Notes under the pieces: generated by a model
What the model was told of the DNA's origin: nothing
The model's database searches: none
Seen by the model: the letters and a program-made list of their open reading frames with translations, nothing else
Shown here: positions 24,337 to 37,254 of the stretch, in pieces
Position numbering within the stretch: the stretch's first letter is position 1
How the letters are laid out: each line of letters starts with the position of its first letter
Program-made: the position numbers and the translations under genes
From: Octopus sinensis
Lineage: Eukaryota
Reading direction: 5' to 3'
Assembly (NCBI RefSeq): GCF_006345805.1
Contig: NC_043000.1
Location: 101,370,001 to 101,434,000 of the forward strand
Length of the DNA stretch: 64,000 bases

Positions 24337-25124
24337 ATAATCCATTTAATATAATTATATGGTATATATTCCATGACCCCTATCAACTACCTTATGTAGA
24401 ATCTCAACGTTTACCACAATGTTAAATCAAGATTTACTTGGATGTCCGTTCACAAAAATAGTACTATAAATCTGAAGAGACATTTTCTACTCTAGTTTAC
24501 CAAGATCTCTTTCATCAGTAAAAGCCAAAAAAAAAAAAAAAAAAAAAACCCCCAAAACCTAAGTCAGAACAAAACAACCTAAAACTCGTATTTTTTCGTG
24601 GTATTTTTGGAAAAGAAATTGTGAAAATATCATTATCTCTACTTATTTTGTAACCTTCCTTCATTCAGTGTCATAACATTTTTGTTTTCTATTTACTTTT
24701 CTTTTTCTGTTCTAACTGTAAAATTTGAAGAATTTACGAATGACAAGGGAGAAAAAATGTAGATGATATGATAGATACATATGGAGAAGATTGGTTGTTA
24801 AAATTAGTGGTATCTTTTATCCTTTGCAAGATATTCTTCATCTTGTATTCATATTTTTGTACATATATACACACACACACATACATGGACATTAACACAC
24901 AAAGTGAAAAATGTTGACATACTATACATACACACATACATACTTGTGTGTGTGAGAGTATGTGCGTATGTATATTTAGAATTAGAAAGGGGTAGAGTAA
25001 TGACTATATGTGGTAGATTATATTTATTCTGATAAACCATTCCATTGCTATCTAGAGTTCTTTACTATATTCAATCATTCAGATGCTGCCAAAAAAAAAA
25101 ACATCTGCTATATACATACATACG

Positions 25125-25168
<44 letters not shown>

Positions 25169-25169
<1 letters not shown>

Positions 25170-26007
25170 AGGGTGCGATTGGTAAATTGTTACCATTTTA
25201 TATTTTTAATTTTGCGCATCTGCATTGTTTTGTTTTTGATTTTGTTGTCTACACAGTATAGTAGGGTCAGTTGGGCATCATCTGTGAGAAAAACAACACC
25301 ATGATGCAATTCACTCTGCCAGAAACTTGGAAATGACATGCTGTACTGCTTGGCATTCATGCTGGAGGCTCCAGTACGAATATTTCAGAGTGTTTGGGTG
25401 TGAATCTGAGGACAATGCGATCTGAGGACATGTACTGAGTGTGATAAAAATCAAACATTCAGTCAGTATTATGGTGTTTGGAATGATCACTAGTGATGGT
25501 GACGTTATTCCACTATTCGTCTTCCTACATGGCCTCAAACTCAACATAGAGGCCTGGAGGAGGTAGTGCTGCCCTGGGTCAAGAAGGTGGCTGCTGAAAG
25601 ACCCTGTCTGACAACAGGATTCTGCACATAGGCAATTCCTTCGACGACATCACGCCTAACATCTGGCCACCGACCTCCCCAGACTGCAACCCCTTTGATT
25701 ATTATGTGTGGGATGCAGTTGAGTGAGAGAGCAACAAAATTCCTTGTAATGCCAAAGATGAACTGAAGGCAAGGAATATGGCAGCATTCACCAACTAAAA
25801 TAAGGAGATCATCCAGAAGAGATGTAGGAGATTCTGAAGTCCTTTGGAGGCCATGGTTGAAGCCAATGGTGATTTTATTAAATAAATTTACTCTTTAGTA
25901 TTTCAAGATATTTTTATGAAATTTTGGTAAATATATCTGTTAAAATGAGATATCAGTGTTATTTTAAATTTTGCATATTTAGATGACACTTTATTCATCA
26001 CACCCTG
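25169..26007 (+). mobile_element. Non-autonomous maT-type (DD37D) Tc1/mariner derivative
   Basis: TIRs cagggtgcgattggtaaa / tttattcatcacaccctg; IMVFGMITSDG and WPPTSPDCNPFDYYVW; homologous to 50461-51337. Confidence 0.88.
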
Positions 26008-26069
<62 letters not shown>

Positions 26070-26070
26070 C

Positions 26071-26101
<31 letters not shown>

Positions 26102-26126
26102 ATAGATTTAAAGATTTAGAGACGTA

Positions 26127-27953
26127 ATCAGGTAACAAAGGATACAGAGAGGATCATAGCCCAACTAATTAGGGAGAGAGTCAGTCTAGATGAGATACAG
26201 TTTGAGTTCATGCCAGAGAAAAGCACCACTGATGCTATATTTCTGGTAAGACAGCTGTAGAAATACCTAGGAGAAATACCTAGCCAAAGATAAACCTCTG
26301 TACCTGGCTTTTGTTGACATGGAGAAAGCCTTTGACAGGGTCCCTCGATCCCTTATCTGGTGGTCAATGAGGAAACTAGGGATAGATGAATGGTTAGTGA
26401 GAGCTGTGCGAGCCATGTACAGGGATGCTGTCAGTAATGTGAGGGTTGGCAATGAGTACAGTCAAGAATTTTCGGTAGAGGTAGGGGGCCACCAAGGACC
26501 AGTCCTCAGCCCCCTCTTATTCATCATAGTCCTCCAGGCAATAACAGAGGAATTCAAGACAGGATGCATCTGGGAGCTCCTCTATGCTGATGACCTATCA
26601 GAACTAGAGTCACTATCAGAACTAGAGGGAAAGTTTCAGGTGTGAAAGCAAGGATTAAAATCGAAGGGCCTTAGAGTCAACCTACCAAAACCAGTCTTAA
26701 AAAGTAGGAATGCAAACAAACCACAAATCCCTTCCGGTAGCTGGCCCTGCACGATCTGTGGAAAAGGCGTAGGTAGAAACTCCATAAGATGCACCCGGTG
26801 TAAGCTATGGACACATAAGAGGTGCAGCAATATCAAAGGAAGGCTAACTGGGAAGATAGTTTTTGTATGTGGCAAATGCTCAGGTGCTATAAACACTGAA
26901 AATATGCAGAGAACAACTTGTCACATTCCAGGGAGAAAAACTACAAGTAGATGATAGCTTCTGTTACCTAGGAGACCAAGTCAGTAGTGGGGGTGGATGC
27001 TCTGAAAGTGTAGCTGCTAGAATAAGAATAGCGTGGGCTAAGTTCAGAGAGCTCCTACCTCTGCTGGCAAAAAAGGACCTCGCGCTCAGAGTAAAATGCA
27101 GACTGTATGAACAGCCATGCTACATGGCAGTAAAACATGGGCCGTGAGTGCTGAGGACATGCATGAGTGTAAGCGCCCTGAGAGAAAAGTTAGATTTAAA
27201 AAGCATCAGATGTGGTGTGCAAGAGAGACGACTGAGCTGGTATGGTCATGTGTTGCAAATGAATGAGGACAGCTGTGTGAAAAATGTCACACCCTAGCAG
27301 TTGAGAGAACCTGTAGAAGAGGTAGACCCAGGAAGACCTGGAATGAGGTGGTGAAGCACGACCTTTGAACATTGGGCCTTACTGAGGCAATGACTAGTGA
27401 CCAAGACCTTTGGAGATATGCTGTGCTTGAGAAATCCTGACAAGCCAAGTGAGACCATAACCCGTGGCCTATGCCAGTGGGTGTAATCAGCCCACTTATG
27501 AGTACCCCTCATTCATTGGACAATAAATTTTGGTTGCGAAGACCTGTTGAGGCAAGTGAAATCAAAATCAAAATCACTGATGTGGCCGATCACTGTACCG
27601 CCTGATTGGCACTCGTGCCAGTGGGACTTCACACTGTCATCATTGCCAGGGCTGCTGATTGGCTCCTGTGCTGGTGGTGCATAAAAAGCATCATTCGAGC
27701 ATGAACATGCTAGCATCGCCTGACTGGCACATGTGCCGGTGGCATATGAAAAAACAACTTTCGAGCATGGTCATTGCCAGTGCCACCAGACTGGCTCCCA
27801 TGCAGGTAGCACATAAAAAACACCTTTTGAGTGTGGTCGTTGCCAGAACTGCCTGACTGTCCCTCGTGGCGGTGGCACCCACTACACTCTTAATCAAACC
27901 ATGCAACCCATGCCATCATGGAAAGCGGATGTTAAACAAGGATGATGATGATG
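26127..27953 (+). pseudogene. 5'-truncated RTE LINE: RT, PHD finger, 3' UTR, (GAT)n tail
   Basis: ORF 26319-26645 (MEKAFDRVPR...HQGPVLSPLLF...LLYADD), Cys4-His-Cys3 motif at 26748-26879; several stops and frameshifts. Confidence 0.95.
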
Positions 27954-28499
27954 GTAGAGAGAGAGAGATATTTTGTGGTGACGTAGTAGTCACACAAACT
28001 TCATCCTCTTAATCATCGTCATCATAATGTCTACCTTTTCATCTCCTTTATACCTAAGTATATACTGGTACAAGAATATTTGCACTCCTGAATAGATCTC
28101 CTCAAGACATGAGCTAATGAGGAAGCCTCTACTTCAGGCATGGGCAACCTTTTAGCAGAAGCAGGCAGCTTCAGACATGGTTCTTCTTTAGGAGGGCTGC
28201 TCTACTGAAAATGATAATGTCATTCAGAAAGTCTTTTGAGCTGGAATTTGTCTGTGACTGCTCTTCATAGTCATTTAACTTTTTAGAAAGAGCAGCTAAA
28301 TACCTTCTAAGTATTAAAGGAAAAAATGAGTGCATTGAGCCACATAATTGTTGTTATGCAAAAAGATGAGATGGTCATGGCTGGAAAGCCTTTTATCATA
28401 GTTTTGCTTGCTTCAAACTGACCTTTGGTTGATCTGTAAATATTATTCTTCTACGGCCTATAGTTCATGTATTTAATGCAATAAATGAACACTCATTTT

Positions 28500-28822
28500 G
28501 ACTACGGAACAAAGTCAAAAGCATAATCTATCAAACAGACAACATTGATATCACATTATATATATATATATAATAAGACATTGACTGATAAACTATGGAA
28601 TGAAGTAGAAGACATAGCCTATTATACACAACATTTATATTATTTGTAAGACAATTAACTGATAAACTATGGAATGAAATCATAGACAAAATCTGTTATG
28701 GATACATTTATTTGTCAGACAGTTGACTGATGATAAACCATGGAATAAAATTGAAGATATAATCTAATATAAACACAGCATTTATATTGTGTATTTTATT
28801 CATCAGATAACTGACGGATAAA
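28500..28822. repeat. Diverged ~70-bp minisatellite, about 4 units
   Basis: Recurring agaca(a/g)tt(g/a)actgataaactatggaatgaa...catttat at ~28576, 28648 and 28717. Confidence 0.75.
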
Positions 28823-28867
28823 TAAATATTCTAAATTATTTATGATGTTTGTGTGTGTATGTGTGTG

Positions 28868-29165
28868 TGTGTAAAGAAGTTTGCTTTTCAGCTGTCTGGT
28901 CTTCGGTTCAGTTTCACTGCATGGCACCTTGAGCAAATGTCTTTTGCCTGTGTTGACCAGTTGATATGGTAGATAGAAACTGAAAGAAGCCTTTCATATT
29001 TGTATATGTCATTGTGTGTGTGCACCTTGTCTTGTGATGATTGCAAATGAGCTGCACTGTCATACAAACAATTTTGTTCATTTCTTTCCCATGTTCCATA
29101 GAGAAATATTACTATTCTTGGAAACAGATGAGGGGTTGGTGATATAAAGAGCATCCAACTGTAGC
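28868..29165 (+). mobile_element. Family-A-headed SINE with RTE-type tail (3' end lost)
   Basis: Head atggcaccttgagcaaatgtc...gaaactgaaagaagcc; body and agagcatccaactgtag as in 52761-53158. Confidence 0.7.
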
Positions 29166-29266
29166 TATTCAAATCCATAGCTCAGTGTAGTAACCTATTG
29201 TACTTCAATCACTGAAAAAGAGTGTTCAAATACTAGCATAAGCACTTTTTTGAAAATATAGGATGT

Positions 29267-29436
29267 CATCATCATCATTATTATCATGATCATGACCGTC
29301 AATGTTTAATGTCTGTTTTCCATGCTGGCATGGGTTGGACAATTTGACAGGAACTGGCCAGCTAAAGAGCTGTCCAAACTTTAATTCTCTGTTTTGGCAG
29401 TTTCTACACCAAAACAGACAATTGGAGTTTGGACAG
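29267..29436 (-). mobile_element. RTE-type tail fragment ending in a 28-bp fold-back
   Basis: ttccatgctggcatgggttggac; arms 29370-29397 and 29409-29436 are inverted copies. Confidence 0.75.
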
Positions 29437-30189
29437 GATGTATTAGAACATATTAAGAATTTTTAAAATATTATAACTATAGTCATACCATTGTAGAAAA
29501 ATTTTGGATATAGATTACGTTGTAAAGTTTGTCCTATTTTAAGGATTTTTTTTACTGTTTGATGCAAAAATATAACTGATATATAACAACTCTCAAGGCT
29601 CAAGTCTTGCTAACATGAACTTTACTTCAAAGCAAGACTCAAACACTTGAGAAAAATATATATAGTAACAGAGGCAATTTTAGTATCAAGAGGTAATATT
29701 TATAAGCTTAAGAAAAAACACAATTTCAAAAGAAATGATTTATTTCATAGCTCTATATAAATTGCCAACACTCTTAAAGTTTTCAAAATATCAATCAAAT
29801 ATCCATGGTTGCTGCTGGTATAAACCATTTAAGTCATTACCACTACTTTTCTACAGATAGAATATCAGAATTATTTTTACCATCTTTTCCACCCTTTTTG
29901 GTCTTGGATGTTCTTTAAGCATTCAGGCTGTGACTGGTTTGGTATAAAATTAAATATTGTTGTAAGTGCCATTCATGTATTTCAGTGTGGTACCCTCAGG
30001 ACATGGGTGTTTGTGTGTGTGTGTGTGTACAAATATACACTCACACCACTGTACACATACACATATACATACATGCATATGCATATATGTTTGTACTGTG
30101 TTTGTGTGTGTATATATGTATGTATATGTGTGTGGCGAGATGCAAGACATCTGGAGTATTAGGCACCTTTCTCTGTGAATCTCTAAGTA

Positions 30190-32900
30190 ATCATCATCAT
30201 CATCATCGTCGTTTAACGTCCGTTCTCCATGTAGCATGGGTTGGACGGTTCGACCGGGGTTCTGGGCAGCCAGAAGGCTGCACCAGGCTCCAGTCTAATT
30301 TGGCAATGTTTCTACAGCTGGATGCCCTTCCTAACGCCAACCACTCCGTGAGTGTAGTGGGTGCTTTTTACGTGCCACCTGCACAGGTGCCAGCGGGGCT
30401 GGCAACGGCCACGGTCAGATTGGTGTATTTTATGTGCCACCGGCACGGAAGCCAGTCGAGGCGGTGCTGGCATCGGCCACGAGTTGGATAGTGCTTTTTA
30501 CGTACCACCAGACCAGGGATCCTGGCTGGTTCAATTCGATTTCGATTTCGCTTGCCCCAACATGTCTTCACAAGCAAGGAGGTTGGCATGGGTGCCTGTC
30601 GTACGGTCGCATTGGAGTATTTTACGTGCCACGCCACGAGTCGGATAGTGCTTTTTACGTACCACCAGGCATGGGATCCTGGCTGGTTCAATTCGGTTTC
30701 GATTTCGATTTCGCTTGCCCCAACATGTCTTCGCAAGTATGGGGGTTGGCATGGGTGTCTGTCGTCGGATGAGGTTCTATATCGACTTCGCTTGCTTAGC
30801 CGGTCTTTGTGTCCAAGGGAGGAAAGGCATTCATAAGTGGGCTGGGCTCACTTGTCCTGCCTGGTCTCTCACGTACAGAATATTTCCAAAGGTCTCGGTC
30901 TCTGGTCATTTCCTCAGTGAGGCCTAGAGTTCGAAGGTCGTGCTTCACCACCTCGTCCCAGGTTTTCCTGGGTCTACCTCTCCCACGGGTTCCCTCAACT
31001 GCTAGGGATTGGCACTTCTCACACACCTATCTTCATCCATTCTCGCCACATGACCATACCAGCGCAATCGTCTCTCTTGCACACCACAACTGATGCTACT
31101 TAGGTACAACATTTCTCTCAAGGTGCTAACGCTCTGTCGAGTATGTACACTGACATTACACATCCATCGGAGCATACTGGCTTCATTCCTCACGAGCTTA
31201 CGCATGTCCTCAGCAGTCACGGCCCATGTTTCGCTGCCATGTAGCATGGCTGTTCGTACACACGCATCATACAGTCTCTTTTACTCTGAGCGAGAGGCCT
31301 TTAGTCACCAGCAGAGGTAAGAGCTCCCTAAACTTTGCCCAGGCTATTCTTATTCTAGCAGTTACACTTTCAGCGCACCCACCCCCACTACTGACTTGGT
31401 CACCTAGATAACGGAAGCTATCAACTACTTCTAGTTTTTCCCCCTGGAAAGTGACGGAAGTTGTTTTCTGCAGATTTTCGGAGGTTAATGCTCCCGAGCA
31501 TCTGCCACATACAAAAACTATCTTCCCAGTTAGCCTACCTTTGACATTGCTGCACCTCTTATGTGTCCATAGCTTACACTGGGTACATCTTATGAGTTTC
31601 TACCTACACCTTTTCTACAGATCGAGCAGGGCCATCTTCCTGAAGATATTTGTGGATTGTCTACCTTTCTACTTATTAGTACTTTGGTTTTAGCTAGGTT
31701 GACTCTAAGGCCCCTTGATTCTAAACCCTCCTTCCACACCTGGAACTTCTCCTCCAGTTCTGATAGTGACTCAGCAATAAGAGCAAGGTTGTCAGCGTAG
31801 AGGAGCTCCCAGGGACAGCCTGTCTTGAATTCCTCCGTAATTGCCTGGAGTACTATGATAAATAGGAGGGGGCTGAGTACTGAACCCTGGTGGACCCCAA
31901 CCTCTACTTTGAATCTTCTGTGTACATGTTGCCAACCCTAACCTTACTTACGGCATCTCTGTACATGGCTTGCACAGTCCTCACCAGCCATTCATCTATC
32001 CCTAGTTTCCTCATTGACCACCAGATAAGGGATCGGGGGACCCTATCAAAAGCTTTCTCCATGTCAACGAAAGCCAGGTACAGGGGCTTATCTTTGGCTA
32101 GGTATTTCTCCTGCAGCTGCCTTACCAGGAATATAGCATCAGTGGTACTTTTCCCTGGCACGAACCCAAACTGCATCTCATCTAAACTAACTCTCTCTCT
32201 AATTAGTTGGGCTATGACCCTCTCCGTAACCTTCATTACTTGATCCAACAGCTTGATACCTCTGTAATTATTTGTATCTAGGGCATCACCTTTACCTTTG
32301 TAGCAGTTGACTAGTATGCTGCTGCACCAGTCATTGGGTATGACTCCTTCGTGTATCACCTGGTTGACTATACGGGTGACTAGGTTATAGCCGACACTGC
32401 CAGATATTTTGAGCATCTCTGCAGTAATTCCTGATGGGCCTGGCGCTTCCCTGTCTTCATGCTTCTAATTGCCTTAGCTACCACGGAACTATCAACTCGG
32501 ATAGCTGGTCCTCTGTAGGGTCAACATTCGGCAGACTCTCTTTATCCCATTCATTTTCCTCATTCAGTAACCTTTCATAGTGGCGTCTCCAAGCTTCTCT
32601 CTTTGCATCCTCATTAGCGCAAGTGAACATCCTCCATGCGAACACATTTCTCTCCTACCACATCACGATTCTCTCTCACACACTGTCTTGCAACACGAAA
32701 TACCTCAAGTCTTTCATCCTCACGGCGCAGGACATTGGCAAATTTTCTCTTATCTGCTTCCCCCTGGCTAGATAGACCTGTCTCCTAGCTTCCCTTCTGG
32801 CAGTCTGATACCTTCCCTGCTACCACGTTCTTCCAGGCCTTCCAAGCCTGTTTCTTTTGTCTAATAGCCCTGTCAACAATATTGTTCCACCACCACGTTA
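30190..32900 (-). pseudogene. 5'-truncated RTE LINE, longest copy (~2.7 kb)
   Basis: ORFs 31904-32416 (RT), 31002-31247 (HGSETWAV...RRLRWYGHVARM) and 30796-31026 (RGRGRPRKTW); 3' UTR with a 157-bp duplication; (GAT)n tail; frameshifted. Confidence 0.96.
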
Positions 32901-33524
32901 TTTCAAAATATTTCAAAATAAGTAATGGCTGTGAAAATTATTAAATGCTCTACATGACACATTGAGTATTATTTTCTTTGTTTATACATCAATCTACTTT
33001 TGTATGTATATGTGTGTGTGTGTATTTATGCATATATGTTTATATACATGCACACACACATGTTAAACTAATACATTTGCTTAAAACTTGTCCCCCTCAT
33101 GTCTTCTTTTTGTGTTCATTTTCTAATACATACATACACACATAATATATATATATATATACATACATTCACGCACATACATACATATAAATGCAGAGAG
33201 ATAGAGGAGTGAGATTACATTCATTCATATATTGTTCACTTTTTCACTTTTACATCCATTTTCTCATGCTAGCATGAGGATGAAAGATAGCATGTGTATG
33301 CATACATACACATGCATACATACACATGCATACACACACATACACACACTGTACATAAATCCCCACCACCACCAGTTGTGCATACATTTGCAGAGACTGT
33401 TATTTTCTATCAATGTCCAAATTACTTACTCATAATAGGGAAACAAAAAAATAAGTCCCAAGATATCGCAGTCACTATCTCTCAATTACATTTCAGAAGA
33501 GATAGAGAACATTCTTTCAAGTCA

Positions 33525-33591
<67 letters not shown>

Positions 33592-33979
33592 TGTTGCCAA
33601 CTTCTCGTTTTTGCTCTTAATTTTTTGCTTCTGTTTCTACTGTGAAAATTGAAAGTTTAATTAAATTAACTAAAGAAGAACAGGTGCACACGGAAGGGTG
33701 GTTGTTATCAGAGATATCTTTCATTTTACTTTACCATTATCCATTATCCATTTGAGTGAAGAACTTCCTTTCTGTAGACAAATCAGCAGTTTCATATTTG
33801 TAATTTGGGAAGAAAAATCCCCAAGTCTCACATTAGAAATGGTTTGTTAGTTTATTTGAATAGCTGTTGTAGTATGGTACTATATAGCTTTTATGAAATA
33901 AAATGCTATACACACACACACACACACACATACATACATATATAATATATATATATATATATAATATATAATATATATA

Positions 33980-34010
<31 letters not shown>

Positions 34011-34079
34011 AAAATTAATTTTACTCTGCTATGTATTGAGTACCTTATTTACTGTGGTTAACCCCGAATCAACCCGGGA

Positions 34080-35010
34080 CCTACATATATATATATACTA
34101 CATATGTGGGAAATTCTGTCTGTGGGGGTGTTTGTGGAGCTGTTAGCTAACTCCTACTACATCAGTTTATCGATTTTGATGAAACTTGACACGTGAGTAG
34201 AACTAATGTCAGGAAAACTCACAGCATACTCAGATTGCAGAAAAAAATCGATAATAGAGCCCCTGGAAGGGAGCCTTATATATATCTAATATATTTTATT
34301 TTAAAAACCAAGGTAAATAACCCATTCGCCCCTGGAAGGGATTCTTATATATAGACTAGGGAAATAACCCACTCATTTTCCTAAATTATTTGGTAAAAAT
34401 GAAATTGAGTATGCTTTTTTCTTAGTATTTTAACTGTTAGAGTTATTTTCGCAATTTATCTAGTACAACCATTAAGCAAGTAAATAGTATTTTCCTAAAC
34501 AATAGATCCAGTTATTTTGGTTTATCACTTATTCACGAATATACCAACACTAGCGTCCCTGAGGGTAATATTCTCTGGGGATGCACAAAAGCCCTATTCA
34601 GAGTTATTTAATTTGAACTGTTATTATCTCATATCTGATTAGCCTTTTATTATTCAACATGCTTCACGATTTTAGTATACATACCTTATTAGTATTTTCT
34701 CCTATGTTCTATATACTCTGGGAACACATTAAAGCCCTTTTCATGGCTACTTTATTTGAATTCTTACTATTGGGTAACTAATTTCACATTATTACATAAC
34801 TGACTTGACAGTTTGGGTATTCATAACTTATTGAGAATTCCTTAAAACAAGATCCTGTGTAAGAGAGTTTGGTATTCTCTGTAAATGCACAAAAACCGTT
34901 TTTAGAACTACATACTTTGTTTTGTTGTTATTGGATTAGCAAGACAATTATGAGAATGGAACCAAGGAATAAGCCCTGCTTTCCAGGAATTACCAGGTAT
35001 GTCAGTTAGT
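34080..35010 (+). mobile_element. Probable non-autonomous Helitron
   Basis: 5' end (c)ctacatatatata...ctgtctgt...tcgattttgatgaaacttgacac is of the kind seen in invertebrate Helitron derivatives; 3' imperfect hairpin then gtcagTTAGt (CTAGt in the 12514 copy); no TIR or TSD. Confidence 0.55.
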
Positions 35011-35033
35011 ATATATATATATATATATATATA

Positions 35034-35047
35034 TAATAGTAATAATA

Positions 35048-35107
<60 letters not shown>

Positions 35108-35558
35108 GTATGAATATCAATAATATTAATAGTGGTAATTCTCCTAGTTGCAATTGTAGAGTTAAATCCCACTGTCCATAATTAAGCTGATGTCTAACCC
35201 AAAACGTAATCTATAAGTGTAGCTGGTAATTTTGTATATATAAGATGTTCAGTAAATATGAAAAATACATTAATGACTATTTTTCATCTTCTAGGCTCAA
35301 ACATAGTGCCAATTGTACATCCTTACCTAGCAAGATTTGGGAACTGAAGGAAAGCAGAATCCAATTTAGCCTTAAATGGGATATTATAAGGAAACGCAGC
35401 CTTATAGAGATAGTCAGTATGCGTGCGAGCTGTGTTCAATGGAAACTTATGAAATTTTTAATTATAGGGACAAGAGCAACCTAGTTAATAATAGATTAGA
35501 CTTAAGGGTATCATGCTTACATAGTGTTACCCATGCATTTAAATATTTTAAAAATTAG
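35034..35558 (+). pseudogene. Penelope-like element fragment: poly-Asn linker, CxCx5Cx5C, GIY-YIG C-terminus
   Basis: N(n)...SCNCRVKSHCP*LS*CLTQNVIYKC; TSLPSKIWELKE...WDII; PY...CELCSMETYEI...LVNNR...CLH. Confidence 0.85.
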
Positions 35559-36792
35559 TGTTTATAGGTGCTGTACTTGAACCTGGACAGGCGAAATTAA
35601 ATTTAGTGTCATATATGATGTGAACTTACTTGCTAGTATTATATATAATAAGTTATATATATTTTCTTACTATTCTCTATAATTTCTTATTATTGTGTTT
35701 TCTTATTTTGATATCTTTACCTATTAACCTCTTATCTCTTATAAGTTATTAATGTTCTTAAAGAGAAATATAAATTTTCTAGTTACTTAAGTTTAAAAGA
35801 GTTGATTATAACATATCTATAATAAAGTACAAATATTCATGCATAATTGCATGTGTGCACATAGTTAAATATATGTATGTATCTGTGCACAACTTATTTT
35901 TCCAATTTTTTCTGATTCTTATCTTATAACTAATATAAAGATAGCATGATTTATTGCCCCAGTATTCCATAAGTAAATATCCAGAGCAATCTTTATAGAA
36001 ACCACCTTATAAGTAAATACTTAAGTACTGGTATGAATATTAAATTAATTCTATGTAATCTTCCCTTTCTAATGTTAAAAATTGGTATATATAGACAGTT
36101 TATCTATTCTGGTTATAATATTTTTAGTAATCTTAAATTTTATCTTCATACAACATAACAATATTGTTTATATACAATCATCCATTGTACCCCATGATAA
36201 TTTCCTCTGTATTAACATCATAGGTTTTATTAATGTCTTGCCCCTTTAACTGGTAATTAACATCTTGATTTGGGGTCTTCCCCTACCCAGCCTCCTTTAT
36301 AGACAGTTACTTTTACATATCCTAAAATCCTGACAATATTTATGACCATGCCCAATTATAAACTGTCAGCTCTCTCTGTCTATCCATTCTAAACAGACAC
36401 TGTCCTCTAGCCTTAGATTTGGTAGTTGATAAAAAAAAGACTAATAAATTAAAAGTGAACCACAATCATTTACAAGCTATGACCCCCAACAAACTTCATA
36501 CAGTTCTTAGAAGTGTAGTATATTCTAAGTCACATTAGTAGCAACATAGACTTTCTCCCTCTCCTTGCTCTGTTAGAGAATTTGAGTAAAATTATATTAA
36601 TGTGTCCAACTGATTAAAAAATTCTATCTATTTATGCAGCTGAAGATAGCCCTGCATCAACTCTGTTGCTTATTTTGATTTTATTCACCTTACTTTGAGT
36701 TGTACAGATAATACTGCACTAACTTGGTGCTTCAACTTAAGTATCTAATTCAACTGAATCTCAATTATTTCTCTATATATACACACACACAC

Positions 36793-37004
36793 AGGCGCAT
36801 GAGTGGCTGTGTGGTAAGTAGCTTGCTTACCAACTGTATGGTTCCAGGTTTAGTCCCACTGTGTGGCACCTTGGGCAAGTGTCTTCTACTATAGCCCCGG
36901 GTTGACCAAAGCCTTGTGAGTAGATTTGGTTGATGGAAACTGAAAGAAGCCTGTTGTATATATGTATATATGTATGTGTGTGTGTGTATGCTTGTGTGTG
37001 TGTG

Positions 37005-37041
<37 letters not shown>

Positions 37042-37203
37042 CTTGTGTGTCTGTGTTTGTCCCCCAGCATCACTTGACAACCGATGCTGGTAGAATAAGG
37101 ACTAGGCTTATAAAGAATAAGTCCTGGGTTTGATTTCTTCAACTAAAGGTGGTGCTCCAGCATGGCCTCGGTCAAATGACTGAAACAAGTTAAAGAGAGT
37201 AAA
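36793..37203 (+). mobile_element. SINE family A, full length
   Basis: A box tggctgtgtgg, B-box-like ggtttagtccc, CORE-like ggcaccttgggcaagtg, internal (TG)n, tail tgactgaaacaag. Confidence 0.92.
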
Positions 37204-37254
37204 CACACACACACATATATACATAGATACACATATATGTGTGTGTGTATATGT

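Noticed and set aside
28136-28262. caggcatgggcaa start suggesting a hAT MITE; ggttgagaaccactg end at ~46399-46413
   Set aside because: No matching opposite TIR or 8-bp TSD could be confirmed.
35179-35193. In-frame TGA codons near the PLE Cys motif (also ~15276 and ~55215), suggesting selenocysteine as reported for some Naiad elements
   Set aside because: None replaces a conserved Cys, their positions differ between copies, and TAA stops and frameshifts co-occur; ordinary decay explains them.
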